From an uncultured Chloroflexia bacterium (GTDB lineage: Bacteria > Chloroflexota > Limnocylindria > QHBO01), in NCBI GenBank assembly GCA_963770875.1, contig CAVYRE010000001.1, forward strand, positions 148,064 through 212,063: 64,000 nt of DNA. The letters are read 5' to 3'. Made by a program: the position numbers and the translations under genes. Positions within the stretch are counted from its first letter, which is position 1. Every line of letters starts with the position of its first letter. The notes under the pieces were generated by a model. The model saw nothing but the letters and a program-made list of their open reading frames with translations, did no database searches and had not been told where the DNA came from. This document shows positions 20,206-30,182 of this stretch, piece after piece.

Positions 20206-21468
20206 TTAGCTGGGGTTCTGGCCGACCGTGTCGGACGACGCCTTCTCGCGGCGGGCGAGCAGCACGAACGGCAGCGCCAGCACCTGGATCCCGGCCGAGA
20301 CGAGGTACGAGGCCGCGTACCCGCTGGCGTCGGCGACGGCGCCGAGCCCCGGCTGGGCCACCACGCCGCCGGCGGAGCCCATCAGCGAGTCGAACGAGAG
20401 CACCGTGGCGCGCTGCTCGGACGGGATCACGCCGTTCAGGAAGGCCGATCGCATGGGACGCGTGGCGGCGGTGATGAACGACCACACGGTGAGCAGGATC
20501 AGCGCCACCACGAAGCCGGGGCTCAGCCCCAGCAGCGCCAGCAGCGCGATCCCGGCGACCGAGCCGACGAGCAGCGCATCGGTCCGGCGGCGGATCAGGC
20601 GCATGAACCACGGCACCATCAGCCCCGCCGCGATCTGGACCCCGGCGAAGATGGCCGCCGCCAGTCCGGCGATGCTGTACGCGTGCGGGTCGCCGAAGAG
20701 CTGGAGCAGGTACGGCTGCGAGGCGTAGAAGATGTAGATCCCGGTGCCGGCGGTGAACGGGATGGCCAGCATCAGCCAGCGCACCGGCGGGTTGCGGAAG
20801 CCACCGTCGATCGAGCCGCGGATCACGTTGCGCACGGCGGTCACCGCGCTCGAGTCACGGTCGGGCGTGAAGCCGATGTCGCGCATGTAGCGCATCGCCA
20901 CCAGCATCGTCACCCCCAGCAGCGCGGCCCGGATGATGTACGGCACCCCCAGGTTGGTCACCTGCGCCACGATCCCGCCGGCCACCGAGCCGATCAGCAT
21001 CGCCAGCCCGCCGACGCTCTGCGCGCGACCGAAGACGTGCTCCAGGTGCCCGGTGAAGCCGGTCGCCGCCAGCGCGTCGACCAGCCATGCATCGTTGGCG
21101 CCGGAGAAGAAGGTGAAGCCGAGGCCCAGCAGGATCGAGGCGATCGCCCAGCCCCACAGCGGCGCGTGGACCTGCCACATCAGCAGGTAGAGGAGCGTGG
21201 AGAAGAGCAGGGTCGCCGCGCCGAGCACGTAGGAGAGCTGCCGGCCGCGGGTATCGGCCACGATGCCGGTGGGGATCTCGAAGATGACCATCCCCGCCGT
21301 GAAGAACGCGTTGGCCGCGAACGCCTCGGCGTTGTTGAGCCCCGCGTCGAGCAGGAAGATGGTGTTGATCCCCCAGATGAAGCTCGAGGCGAGCGTCGAG
21401 AGCAGGGTGAGGGTCAGGTACGTGCGCTCGACCGCGCGGGCGGGGTGGTTGCGCTCGGAGCTGGTCAT
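20206..21468 (-). CDS. MFS transporter
   Basis: 12-TM profile, 420 aa, MFS-type loops (ADTRGRQ). Confidence 0.85.
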   Translation of the reverse strand: MTSSERNHPARAVERTYLTLTLLSTLASSFIWGINTIFLLDAGLNNAEAFAANAFFTAGMVIFEIPTGIVADTRGRQLSYVLGAATLLFSTLLYLLMWQVHAPLWGWAIASILLGLGFTFFSGANDAWLVDALAATGFTGHLEHVFGRAQSVGGLAMLIGSVAGGIVAQVTNLGVPYIIRAALLGVTMLVAMRYMRDIGFTPDRDSSAVTAVRNVIRGSIDGGFRNPPVRWLMLAIPFTAGTGIYIFYASQPYLLQLFGDPHAYSIAGLAAAIFAGVQIAAGLMVPWFMRLIRRRTDALLVGSVAGIALLALLGLSPGFVVALILLTVWSFITAATRPMRSAFLNGVIPSEQRATVLSFDSLMGSAGGVVAQPGLGAVADASGYAASYLVSAGIQVLALPFVLLARREKASSDTVGQNPS

Positions 21469-21534
21469 TACGCGGGGACTCTAGCGGGCCGCCTCCGTTC
21501 GCGCCGCAGGCCCAACGCCAGTACGCCAGCGTAG

Positions 21535-22729
21535 CTACGCGAGGTGCGCGAAGTGCAGGTGCATGGCCCCTGCGACGCCCTTGAGCTCTACCGGCCCGAT
21601 CTCCCTGAAGGCTGCGGCGCTCCCCGCCGCGTCGACCACGGCCTGGCTGACGAGCACCTCGCCGGGGCGCGCGTACTCGGCGATCCGCGAGGCGACGTTG
21701 ACCACCTGCCCGTAGTAGTCGCCCTCCTGGAAGATCACCGGCCCTGCGTGCAGGCCCACGTGCGCGGGCGGCAGCCCGGCCCCGGCGAGCCCCGTCGACC
21801 ATCTCGAGTGCGGCGACCACGCCGGGTCCCGGGTCGGGGAAGTAGAACATCACCCCGTCGCCGAGCCACTTCACCGCGCGGCCGCCGTGCTGCACCGACG
21901 TGCGCTGCACGAGCCGTCCAAGCGTCGCCGCCAGGTCGGCCGCCGCCTCGTCGCCCCGCTCCTGCGTGAGGCGCGTGTAGCCGGTGATGTCGAGGAAGCA
22001 CATCGCCGGCGGGCGGTCGAGCCGGGAGTGCAGGCCGGCGCGCGCCAGGAGCGACTCGAAGGTGCCGATGATGTTGCCGGTCCAGGCGTGGGCCTGCTGG
22101 GCGTGATAGACCGCCATCAGGGACCGCTCCGACAGGGCGGTGATCTCGCTGGCGAAGTCGGTGGCCGAGATCTCCTGCGCATCCTTGCCGGCGGCCATCG
22201 CCGGCGCGATCACCTCGGACTGCCACCAATCGGCCTCCGTCTCGGCGATCCGGCGCAGGCTGTCGCCCTGGGCGCGCAGGAGGCGCTCGATGGCGATCGG
22301 CCGGAATCCTGCCCGGATCTGGGCCGCCACGAAGTCGGCGACTGCGACCTCTTCCTCGCGAACCAGGTCGTCGGCTGAAGGCATCGCGGCGCCGCCGACC
22401 TCGCGGATCAGGGTGAGGAGGTTGATCGGCACCCCGAGGCGTTCGGCCAGCTGATGGAACGTCACGTCGCCCAGCAGCGAGAAGCGTTCGTAGACCGACG
22501 CATCCAGGAAGTCCAGCGAGAGCGTGCCCTGCTGCATGGCCGACGCGAGTCCGTCGATCGGGATCCCGGCCGCCTCCAGGCTGCGGACCATCTCGGCCCG
22601 TCGCACGTCGCCGGCGCTGAACCGATCCCCATCGCCCGGCGTGACGATGCGCAGCTCGACCAGTCGGCCCAGCTGCTCGTCGGTCAATCCTGCGCGCGTG
22701 GCGGTCTCGGCGCGGGAGTAGTCAGGCAC
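21535..22729 (-). CDS. MerR-like HTH + class III adenylate/guanylate cyclase, frame disrupted near 21790 (paralog of 35148..36353)
   Basis: Near-colinear with 35148..36353 protein up to ...VVAALEMV then shifts (extra G in gacGGGGctc); remaining cyclase C-term in 21535..21759 ORF (MGLHAGPVIFQEGDYYGQVVNVASRIAEYARPGEV). Confidence 0.7.
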
Positions 22730-22765
22730 GCCCGTACTCTACCGCCCGGGCTACCATCAGGTCGG

Positions 22766-23566
22766 ATGGCCAAGCTGGACGCCGGCAAGCGCGGCAAGCT
22801 GCGGGACAGCGACTTCGCCCACGTTGACGCGAGTGGACGCCGGCGCCTGCCGATCAACGACGAGAGCCACGTCCGCAACGCGCTGTCGCGCTTCAACCAG
22901 GTGATCTTCGAGGACGAGGCGGCGCGCGACCGGGCGCGGACCCGCCTGCTGAACGCGGCGAAGCGCTACGCGATCGTGCCGGTCGGCTTCGTCACCGGGC
23001 AGCTGCGCTCCCGCGCCCCGCAGCTCCCCAGCGGTGCCGTCACCTTCCTGATGACCGATATCGAGGCGTCGACCGCGCTGCTCCTCCAGCTCGAGGACCG
23101 ATACGGCCCGCTCCTCGCCGACGCCCGGCGGATCCATCGCACGGCCGTGAAACGGGTCGGCGGCTGGGAGGTCGACGCCCGCGCGGACGAGTTCCTCGGC
23201 GTCTTCCACGAGGCGTCGGCCGCGGTCGCCGCGGCGATCGCGATCCAGCGCCGCCTCCGCGACCACGCCTGGCCCGACAAGGTGAGCGTCCGCGTCCGGA
23301 TGGGGATCCACGCCGGCCGCCCCACGCTCACCGATGGCGGCTACGTCGGCGTCGCGGTGCACACCGTGGCGCGTGTCTCCGGCCTCGCGCGAGGCGGCCA
23401 GATCCTCATCTCGCGCCAGGCGCTGGCCTCGATCGGGGAGGATCGGCCCAGCGAGGTGACCTTCCTGGACCTGGGGGAGCACCACCTGCGGGGGCTGGGG
23501 GCGCACGGCCTCGTCCAGGTATCGGCGCCGGACCTCCCGCGGGACTTTGCGCCGATCACTTACTGA
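22766..23566 (+). CDS. class III adenylate/guanylate cyclase with N-terminal KGK-rich domain
   Basis: MAKLDAGKRGKLRDSDFAHVDASGRRRLPINDESHVRNALSRFNQ then cyclase core VTFLMTDIEASTALL...DEFLGVFHEA...; divergent from previous cyclase with only ~36 bp between starts. Confidence 0.75.
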   Translation: MAKLDAGKRGKLRDSDFAHVDASGRRRLPINDESHVRNALSRFNQVIFEDEAARDRARTRLLNAAKRYAIVPVGFVTGQLRSRAPQLPSGAVTFLMTDIEASTALLLQLEDRYGPLLADARRIHRTAVKRVGGWEVDARADEFLGVFHEASAAVAAAIAIQRRLRDHAWPDKVSVRVRMGIHAGRPTLTDGGYVGVAVHTVARVSGLARGGQILISRQALASIGEDRPSEVTFLDLGEHHLRGLGAHGLVQVSAPDLPRDFAPITY

Positions 23567-23592
23567 TCCGTTACCAGCCCGTTACCGCTCGC

Positions 23593-23793
23593 TTGTCATT
23601 GGGGTCCGATGCTCGGGGCATGATCGATCCATACGACCCCCACCACCCCGATGGACCCGACGACGAGGACGACCTCCCCGGAGGGCACGTGGCCACGCTT
23701 CCGTGGCTGGACGACGAGGAGCCGCTCGACGAGGACTGGAGCACCAGCCTCCTGCCCGAGCCTCCGGCTCGGGTGGAGCCGGCGCTCGACTGA
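23593..23793 (+). CDS. small acidic hypothetical protein (paralog of 26904..27182)
   Basis: Shares N-terminal peptide (S.DA.GMI..Y) and a ~70-bp conserved leader with 26904 locus; could alternatively be non-coding. Confidence 0.35.
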   Translation: MSLGSDARGMIDPYDPHHPDGPDDEDDLPGGHVATLPWLDDEEPLDEDWSTSLLPEPPARVEPALD

Positions 23794-23800
23794 GCGGGAG

Positions 23801-23995
23801 CTACCGCGGGTGGCCGAGGTGCCAGCCGTCGCAGTAGCGGCAGTGGTAGGGACGCAGCGTGCCGTCCTGCGAGCGGCCATGCCGCGCCGAGCTGCGCGCC
23901 TCGCGGCGGCTGACGAAGACGCTCTTCGAGGTGCAGCCGCGGTCAGGCAGCGGCAGGTCGCGGTTGATCAGGTCGTGGTAGGCATCCAGGCTCAT
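23801..23995 (-). CDS. small Cys-rich protein, C-terminus HCRYCDGWHLGH (paralog 1)
   Basis: 64 aa; about 70% identical to 39280..39468; four Cys in zinc-ribbon-like spacing. Confidence 0.55.
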   Translation of the reverse strand: MSLDAYHDLINRDLPLPDRGCTSKSVFVSRREARSSARHGRSQDGTLRPYHCRYCDGWHLGHPR

Positions 23996-24091
23996 GCCGC
24001 AATTCTCGCGGCGCCGTGTGACAGCAGCGTGTCGCGGACGTTAAGGAGCCGATAACTGCGGCCCGGAGAGCGCAACGCCCCAGATCGCAGC

Positions 24092-24257
24092 CATTTGCGC
24101 TGAGCGTAAATAGCGGACAAGGAGCGGCTCCCAGGACGCCGGATTGGCCCAGTTCGAGGCCTTCGTTGGCTGCGGGCGTGCGCTGGGCGCAAATCTCAGC
24201 CAACGAGCGCCCACTTCGCGACCTTGCTTGGCCGTTACTTGCGCCCAGCGTAAGCGG
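24092..24257. repeat. REP/BIME-like composite palindromic element, locus 4 (three units)
   Basis: TTTGCGCTGAGCGTAAATAGCGGACAAG / TTGGCTGCGGGCGTGCGCTGGGCGCAAATCTCAGCCAACGAG / CTTGGCCGTTACTTGCGCCCAGCGTAAGCGG with unique linkers. Confidence 0.75.
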
Positions 24258-24340
24258 CGGTGGCCTGCGACCAGGTCGCGAATACGGCGACGCCGTGCCG
24301 GGCAGGCGGCACGGCGCCACGTGGGGTGGGGTCGGCTCGG

Positions 24341-24775
24341 CTAGGAGGCGACCCCGATGCCCGCGTGCATCGGCTCGGGGACCATCCACTCGATCAGGTG
24401 ATCGGAGAGGACACGGCGCGCCTCCTCGATCTTGTCGACGCCGATGGCGATGGTTGCCTTGCCATCGGCGTACTGGACCGGTGCGAACAGCTCGATGTTC
24501 ACTCCGGCGTCGGCCAGCTTCTTGGCTACCTTGGCCGCCGTGCCGGGCCGATCCTCGAGGGCGATGGTCAGGACAGGCACCTCCTGGTATGGGAGGCGGG
24601 TCTCCTTCAGCGCGCGCCGGATGGCCGGCTCGTTGCGCGTCAGGACGGCCGTGGCGCCCCAGCCGCCGAGGCCAAGGCTGATGGCGGCGACTTGGACGTC
24701 CTCGGACGCGATGGCCGCCGCCTGCCGGGCAAACTCGCCCGGACGGTTGGTGCTCTCGATGATGAAAGCCTGCAT
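24341..24775 (-). CDS. ACT domain-containing protein
   Basis: Tandem ACT-like halves; AGGAGG 8 nt upstream of ATG at 24775. Confidence 0.7.
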   Translation of the reverse strand: MQAFIIESTNRPGEFARQAAAIASEDVQVAAISLGLGGWGATAVLTRNEPAIRRALKETRLPYQEVPVLTIALEDRPGTAAKVAKKLADAGVNIELFAPVQYADGKATIAIGVDKIEEARRVLSDHLIEWMVPEPMHAGIGVAS

Positions 24776-25098
24776 GGGAAACGTACCTCCTGCAGCGCCC
24801 CGGAACACTGGCCCCCTGCCTGGTCAAAGGGGAGGCTGCGACGGACGGGTCCGCTGTTGGCAGTGAGGGCGGACACTGTCGCGGGGGCCCTTCTTGGACC
24901 ACGCCTCAACACCCGTCCGAAGGGCGTATTTTCCCCCCATCGGCCCGGCCTGTCCAACCACGCTCGGGCTGAGCATGGGCCCCGGCGCGTCGTTTGCCGC
25001 CGCTTGACGAAGAGCTACTACACTGCCCGAGCGACTCGCCGATCGGTGGCTCGCGCCCAATACCAACCGACCCACACGACCACGGGAGTCCTCCGAGC

Positions 25099-26725
25099 AT
25101 GACCGTCGCCGCGCCGCACGAACCTGCCTTCGACCGAGCCCCCATCGAGCTGCCCCACCGCGTCCGGATGGAGATCCTGGGCGCGGTGCTGCTGGGCATC
25201 CTGCTCGCCGCCCTGGACCAGACGATCGTGGGGACAGCTCTCCCCCGGATCGTCACCGACCTCAAGGGCAACGATGTCTACACCTGGGCCTTCACCGGGT
25301 ACCTGCTGACCGCCACAGCCTCTGGCCCGATCTACGGCAAGCTCTCCGACCTGTTCGGCCGACGCCCGATGTTCCTGACCGGGGTCGTCATCTTCCTGGT
25401 CGGCTCGGCGCTGTCGGGGCTCTCCCAGCAGATGTGGCAGCTGATCGCGTTCCGGGCGCTCCAGGGCCTCGGCGCAGGCGCCCTCTTCCCGATCTCGATC
25501 GCCATCATCGGCGACATCTTCAGCCCCTCGGAGCGAGGCAAGTACCTGGGCTTCTTCGGGGCCGTGTTCGGGCTCTCATCGCTCATCGGCCCGGCCATCG
25601 GCGGCATCCTGACCGATACCGTCGGCTGGCAGTGGATCTTCTACGTGAACATCCCGCTGGGCCTCGTCGTGCTCTACATCATCTGGCGCACGCTGCCGAC
25701 CGTCGTCGAGCCGGGGCTCAAGCGCAAGGTCGACTACCTCGGCGCCGCGACCCTGGTGGGCGCCCTCTTCCCGATCCTGATCGGCCTCACCAACAAGCAG
25801 TTCGGCGACTGGACCGATCCGCAGGTGGGCGGGCTGATCGCCCTGGGCCTGGCCTTCGCCGCGGTCTTCATCTGGGCCGAGTCGCGCGCGGATGAGCCGA
25901 TCCTGCCGCTCAAGCTGTTCCGCATCCGCGCCTTCACCGCGAGCGTCTTCGCCATCTTCCTGGCGGCGATGGGCTTCTTCACCGCCGTCGTCTTCCTGCC
26001 GCGCTGGTTCCAGGTCGTGGCGGGCGCCTCCGCCACCGAGTCCGGCTACCAGATCCTGCCGATGCTCGCGGGGCTGATCCTGTCGGCCACCATCTCCGGG
26101 CAGCTGGTCGCGCGGACCGGGCGCTACAAGGCGCTGATCGGGGCGTCGCTGCTGGTGCTGGCGGTCGGGCCTCTTCCTGCTCACCAACCTGCGCAGCGAG
26201 ACCGATCGGCCGCTGCTGTGGCTCTGGATGGCGGTCACCGGCCTCGGGATCGGGCCGTCGTTCGCCGTCTTCACGCTGGTGGTGCAGAACGCCGTGCCGG
26301 TCAACGAGCTGGGGGTCGGGACGAGCAGCATCACGCTCTTCCAGCAGGTGGGCGGGACCGTGGGCCTGGCGATCACCGGCTCGATCTTCGGCTCGAACCT
26401 GCTGGCCGAGATGCCCAGGCAGATCGCCGCCAAGGGGGTCCCGGCGGAGCTGGCCGACCAGTTCGCCCAGGGCGGGGGAGCGGCGCTCAACAACCTGTCC
26501 GGGGTGGGGGACCTCGGCACGGCGATCCTCGCCCAGGTGCCCGCCGCGCAGCACGACCAGGTGGCGCCGCTCATTCCGGCGATCGTGTCGGGCATCCACG
26601 AGGCCTTCTCGCTGGCCATCGCCTCGACCTTCAGCGTGGGGATCGTGACGGCGCTGCTCGCCGCGGCGATCGTGTTCACGCTGATGCCGCGCGGGAAGAT
26701 CGGGGAGGGACCAGCCAGCTCCTGA
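25099..26725 (+). CDS. MFS transporter, DHA2 (EmrB/QacA) family, frame disrupted near 26172
   Basis: 14-TM-type MFS; two track ORFs (..26170 and 26228..26725) are colinear parts of one protein; junction LLVLAVG|LFLLTNLRSE needs removal of one base from gtcGGGCctc. Confidence 0.75.
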
Positions 26726-26745
26726 GGCGCCTCGTCGGGCGCCTG

Positions 26746-26903
26746 GGATTTGCGCTGAGCGTACATAACGGCCAAGCAGCCGCTCTTCACCGCCCGTTCC
26801 GAGGCCCTTGTTGGCTGCCGTATGCGCTGGGCGCAAATCTCAGCCAAGCAGAGCCAGTCCGGCGACCGTTCTTGGCCGTTATTTGCGCTGGGCGTAAGCG
26901 GGA
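26746..26903. repeat. REP/BIME-like composite palindromic element, locus 5 (three units)
   Basis: GGATTTGCGCTGAGCGTACATAACGGCCAAGCAG / TTGGCTGCCGTATGCGCTGGGCGCAAATCTCAGCCAAGCAG / CTTGGCCGTTATTTGCGCTGGGCGTAAGCGG. Confidence 0.75.
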
Positions 26904-27182
26904 ATGATCGGGGCGTTGTCGAATCCTTACCGACCCGTTGAGGTTGGCTTGTCCTTCCGGGCCGATGCTGGCGCCATGATCGAACGATACGAGCGAATCA
27001 GCGACTCGGACGACCTGCCCAGCGTGCCCCTGCACACCATGCCCCTGCGCGGCGCATCGCTGCCGTGCGCCGCGTGTGGCCGGCCGGCGGCGTCGTGGGC
27101 CTACGCGGTCAGCATTGCCGACGATGGCAGCCTGGTCGTCGACGGCCGGTCCGTGTGCGAGGCGCATCGGGCCGCTGCCTGA
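26904..27182 (+). CDS. small hypothetical protein (paralog of 23593..23793)
   Basis: Conserved leader plus N-terminal peptide; D.DDLP...T.P.L shared with paralog. Confidence 0.35.
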   Translation: MIGALSNPYRPVEVGLSFRADAGAMIERYERISDSDDLPSVPLHTMPLRGASLPCAACGRPAASWAYAVSIADDGSLVVDGRSVCEAHRAAA

Positions 27183-27278
27183 TCCGGGCAGGTCGGGGCG
27201 GGTCGAGGCCCGCAGCGTGCCTGCGTGCACTCGCGTGCACTCAGCGTGGACGGCAAGGGGCGCCGCTAGACTGAGCCG

Positions 27279-27734
27279 ATGGTTGCCTGGGACGACTTCG
27301 CGACGGCCGCCCCGGAGCTGGCCGCCAAGGGTCGGCGCCTCTTCGAGCGGCGCGGCGACGGCGAGGCGCTCCTCGCGAGCGTGCGGGGCGACAACCCGCC
27401 GCGGATCCACCCCATCAACGTTGCGATCGTGGGAGGACGGCTGCTCGCCTTCGTGATCGTCGGGTCGGCCAAGGTGGCGGACCTGGCCGGCGACGGCCGA
27501 TACGCCCTCCACGCCCACCAGGACCCCGCCGAGCCGCACGAGTTCCAGGTCCGCGGCCACGCCCGCGAAGTGACGGATGCAGCTACGCGCGCCGCCGTCG
27601 CAGCGGCCTGGGCGTTCGAGGTGGACGACGGGTATCGGCTCTTCGAGTTCGGGATCGAGCACGCCATCTTCGGGGAGCGCGCCAGCGCCGACGACTGGCC
27701 GCCGGTCTACACGTCATGGAGGGCGAAGCCGTGA
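27279..27734 (+). CDS. pyridoxamine 5'-phosphate oxidase-family (PPOX/F420-type) FMN-binding protein
   Basis: Split-barrel PNPOx-like pattern IHPINVAIVGGRLLAFV. Confidence 0.65.
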   Translation: MVAWDDFATAAPELAAKGRRLFERRGDGEALLASVRGDNPPRIHPINVAIVGGRLLAFVIVGSAKVADLAGDGRYALHAHQDPAEPHEFQVRGHAREVTDAATRAAVAAAWAFEVDDGYRLFEFGIEHAIFGERASADDWPPVYTSWRAKP

Positions 27735-28129
27735 GCGACGAGAACAAGGCGCTCGTGCGGCGCTTCATCACCGAGATCTTCGAGCAGGGGCGCGTCGAGG
27801 CGATCGACGAGCTGTGCGCCCCCGACTTCATCGGCCATACCTGGGGCAACGCCGACCGCGCCGGCCTCAAGCAAGCCATGGCCCGCGTCGCAACGGCCTT
27901 GGCCGATGCCCATTTCGAGATCGACGACATGATCGCGGAGGAGGACCGCGTGGCGGTTCGCCTCACCGCCACTGCGCGACAGGTGGGGGAGTTCATGGGC
28001 GTGCCGCCCAGCGGGCGCAGCTACACGATCGGCGAGATCCACATCTTCCGGTTGCGAGACGGCAAGGTCAGCGAGCACTGGCACGAGTTCGACCGCACCG
28101 GACTGATCAAGCAGCTCAGCGAGAAGTAA
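27716..28129 (+). CDS. SnoaL-like/ester cyclase family protein
   Basis: LVRRFITEIFEQGRVEAIDELCAPDFIGH...HWHEFDRTGLIKQL. Confidence 0.65.
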   Translation: MEGEAVSDENKALVRRFITEIFEQGRVEAIDELCAPDFIGHTWGNADRAGLKQAMARVATALADAHFEIDDMIAEEDRVAVRLTATARQVGEFMGVPPSGRSYTIGEIHIFRLRDGKVSEHWHEFDRTGLIKQLSEK

Positions 28130-28278
28130 CCCTCGCGGGACGGGACCTTGGTCATTGACCAATGGCTCTGGACCCCCTGGCCACTCCACCCGATCATGCC
28201 TGAGCGCGCCTGCGCGCTGACAGATACAGGTGGCGGCCGGGGCCGCTCGGCCTGGGGGGCAGACCAGCGGTATCCCGC

Positions 28279-28737
28279 TTGCATGCCACCGGAAAGGCGG
28301 CAGCCGGAATGACTGCCGTTCTCGAAGTCCTCACCACGGACGACCTGACGATCGCCCGGTTGATGGAGGTCTACAAGGGGGCGTACATGGGCGCGGAGAT
28401 CGGCGCCGATGGGGACATCAAGCTCGACATGGAAGGGCTGAAGGTCTTCGTCAAGGTCGAGCCGATCAAGAAGATCCTGCGCCTGTACTCGCTCTTCGGC
28501 GCAAAGCCCGGGACGACGCGTTCGCAGATGCTCGAGCTGTGCAACCGCATCAACGACGGGCTGGTCATGCTGCGGGCGTCCTGCCCGGCGGCCCTGCCGC
28601 AACCGGCGCTGTGGCTCGATCACGACCTCGACACCGAGGCGGGCCTCTCCGCCGTCGAGATCGTCGAGGAGACCCGACGCTTCCGGACGATCTTCGCGAA
28701 CATCCCGCCGCTCGACACCGACCACATCCTGGCCTGA
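28279..28737 (+). CDS. YbjN-like domain protein
   Basis: 152 aa, alpha/beta small protein; start may be the internal ATG at ~28309. Confidence 0.55.
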   Translation: MHATGKAAAGMTAVLEVLTTDDLTIARLMEVYKGAYMGAEIGADGDIKLDMEGLKVFVKVEPIKKILRLYSLFGAKPGTTRSQMLELCNRINDGLVMLRASCPAALPQPALWLDHDLDTEAGLSAVEIVEETRRFRTIFANIPPLDTDHILA

Positions 28738-28825
28738 GACCCTGCCAGGGCGCCGGGCGGTCTGCGAAGGCCGCTCGGCCCACCCTCAACGTCTTCTCGC
28801 CTTGCGCGGGGTAAGGTTCGCGCCG

Positions 28826-29992
28826 ATGCGCGTCCTCTTCACCTCCTTGCCCCTGGTCGGCCACTTCAACTCGCTGCTGCCCGTGGCGCGGGCAACCGCG
28901 GCGGCGGGGCACGAGGTCGCGGTCTGCTGCGCCCGGCTCTTCGCGGATCAGCTCGCGCGCGCCGGCCTCCAGCACCTCCCCGGCGGAGCGGACGAGTGGG
29001 CCGCTCTGGACGGCCGATGCGCCACCGCAGGGCGACCCGCGGCGCAACCGGTTCATGCAGCGCCGGGTCTTCGGCGAGCGCGCGCCGCTGCGGATGATCC
29101 CCGACCTGCTCGCGCACGCCGAGGCGTGGCGCCCCGACGTCATCGTCCGGGAGAACGGGGAGTGGGCGGGCTGCCTCGTGGCGGAGAAGCTCGGCCTGCC
29201 GCACGCCTCGATCGGGTCAGGCTCGATGAGCGGCCGGGACGAGCGGCGATCGCTCTTCGCCGAGCCCATGTCGGTGCGACGCGCGGAGCTGGGCCTGCCG
29301 GACGATCCTGAGGGGCAGATGATCTTCCGCTACCTCCACCTCGCCTTCACCCCGCCCGGCTGGGAGGGCGACGACGCCCGTCCCGCCACCGCGCACTACA
29401 TCCGCTACGACAACCCCGCAGCGGCCGGGCGAGACACGTCCGTCCTGGCTCGACGAGCCGCGCGACCGTCCCGCTCGTGCTGGCCAGCCTGGGGACGCTC
29501 ATGCACGACCTGCCGGGGCTCTTCGAGGCGATCGTCGAGGCGGTCGCGGATGAGCCGATCGAGGTCGTGGCAGCCATCGGCCGGGACCAGGACCCGGCCC
29601 GCTTCGGCACCGCGCCGGCGAACGTGCGGATCGAGCAGTTCGTGCCGCAGATCCAGGTACTGGCCGAATGCGCGCTCTTCGTGACGCACGGTGGCTTCAA
29701 CTCCACCAAGGAGGCGCTGCGGCTGGGGATCCCACTGGTGGTGACGCCGATCGGCGGGGACCAGCCGTACACCGCGCAGCGGGTGGAGGCGATGGCCTGG
29801 GCCGTGCGGTGGGGCCGACGAGCGCGACCCGGTGACGATCCGCGCGCGGGTGCGCGAGGTGCTCGCCGAGCCGCGCTATCGGGCCACGCGCAGGCGTTCT
29901 CCGCGGAGATGCAGGCGCTGCCGCCGATGGCGCACGCGGTGGAGTTGTTGGAGCAGCTTGCCCGCGACCGGCAGCCAATTGTTCGTCCCTGA
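28826..29992 (+). pseudogene. UDP-glycosyltransferase (MGT/macrolide-GT-like) with about four frame disruptions
   Basis: MRVLFTSLPLVGHFNSLLPVARA..., ...PDVIVRENGEWAGCLVAEKLGLPHASIG..., ...LVLASLGTLMHD..., ...HGGFNSTKEAL...GIPLVVTPIGGDQPY..., C-term AEPRYRA...AFSAEMQALPPMAHAVELLEQL distributed over 3 frames. Confidence 0.65.
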
Positions 29993-29996
29993 ACGG

Positions 29997-30155
29997 ATTT
30001 GCGCTCAGCGTCAATAACCGCCAAGCAGTGATGCGGGATGGGCTATTTCGGGTCCGTCGTTGGCCGTGACTTGCGCTGAGCGCACGTATCAGCCAAGCAG
30101 AGCCCGATTTGCCGCGCTTCTTGGCCGTTATTGACGCTGAGCGCAAACGAGCGGA
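29997..30155. repeat. REP/BIME-like composite palindromic element, locus 6 (three units)
   Basis: GGATTTGCGCTCAGCGTCAATAACCGCCAAGCAG / TTGGCCGTGACTTGCGCTGAGCGCACGTATCAGCCAAGCAG / CTTGGCCGTTATTGACGCTGAGCGCAAACG. Confidence 0.75.
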
Positions 30156-30182
30156 GGACCGGCCACGCGGTAGGCTTGGGCC

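Noticed and set aside
24092-30155. Integron attC sites / cassette array
   Set aside because: No intI nearby, R'/R'' core sites (GTTRRRY) not matched, and neighbouring genes are not promoterless cassettes in uniform orientation
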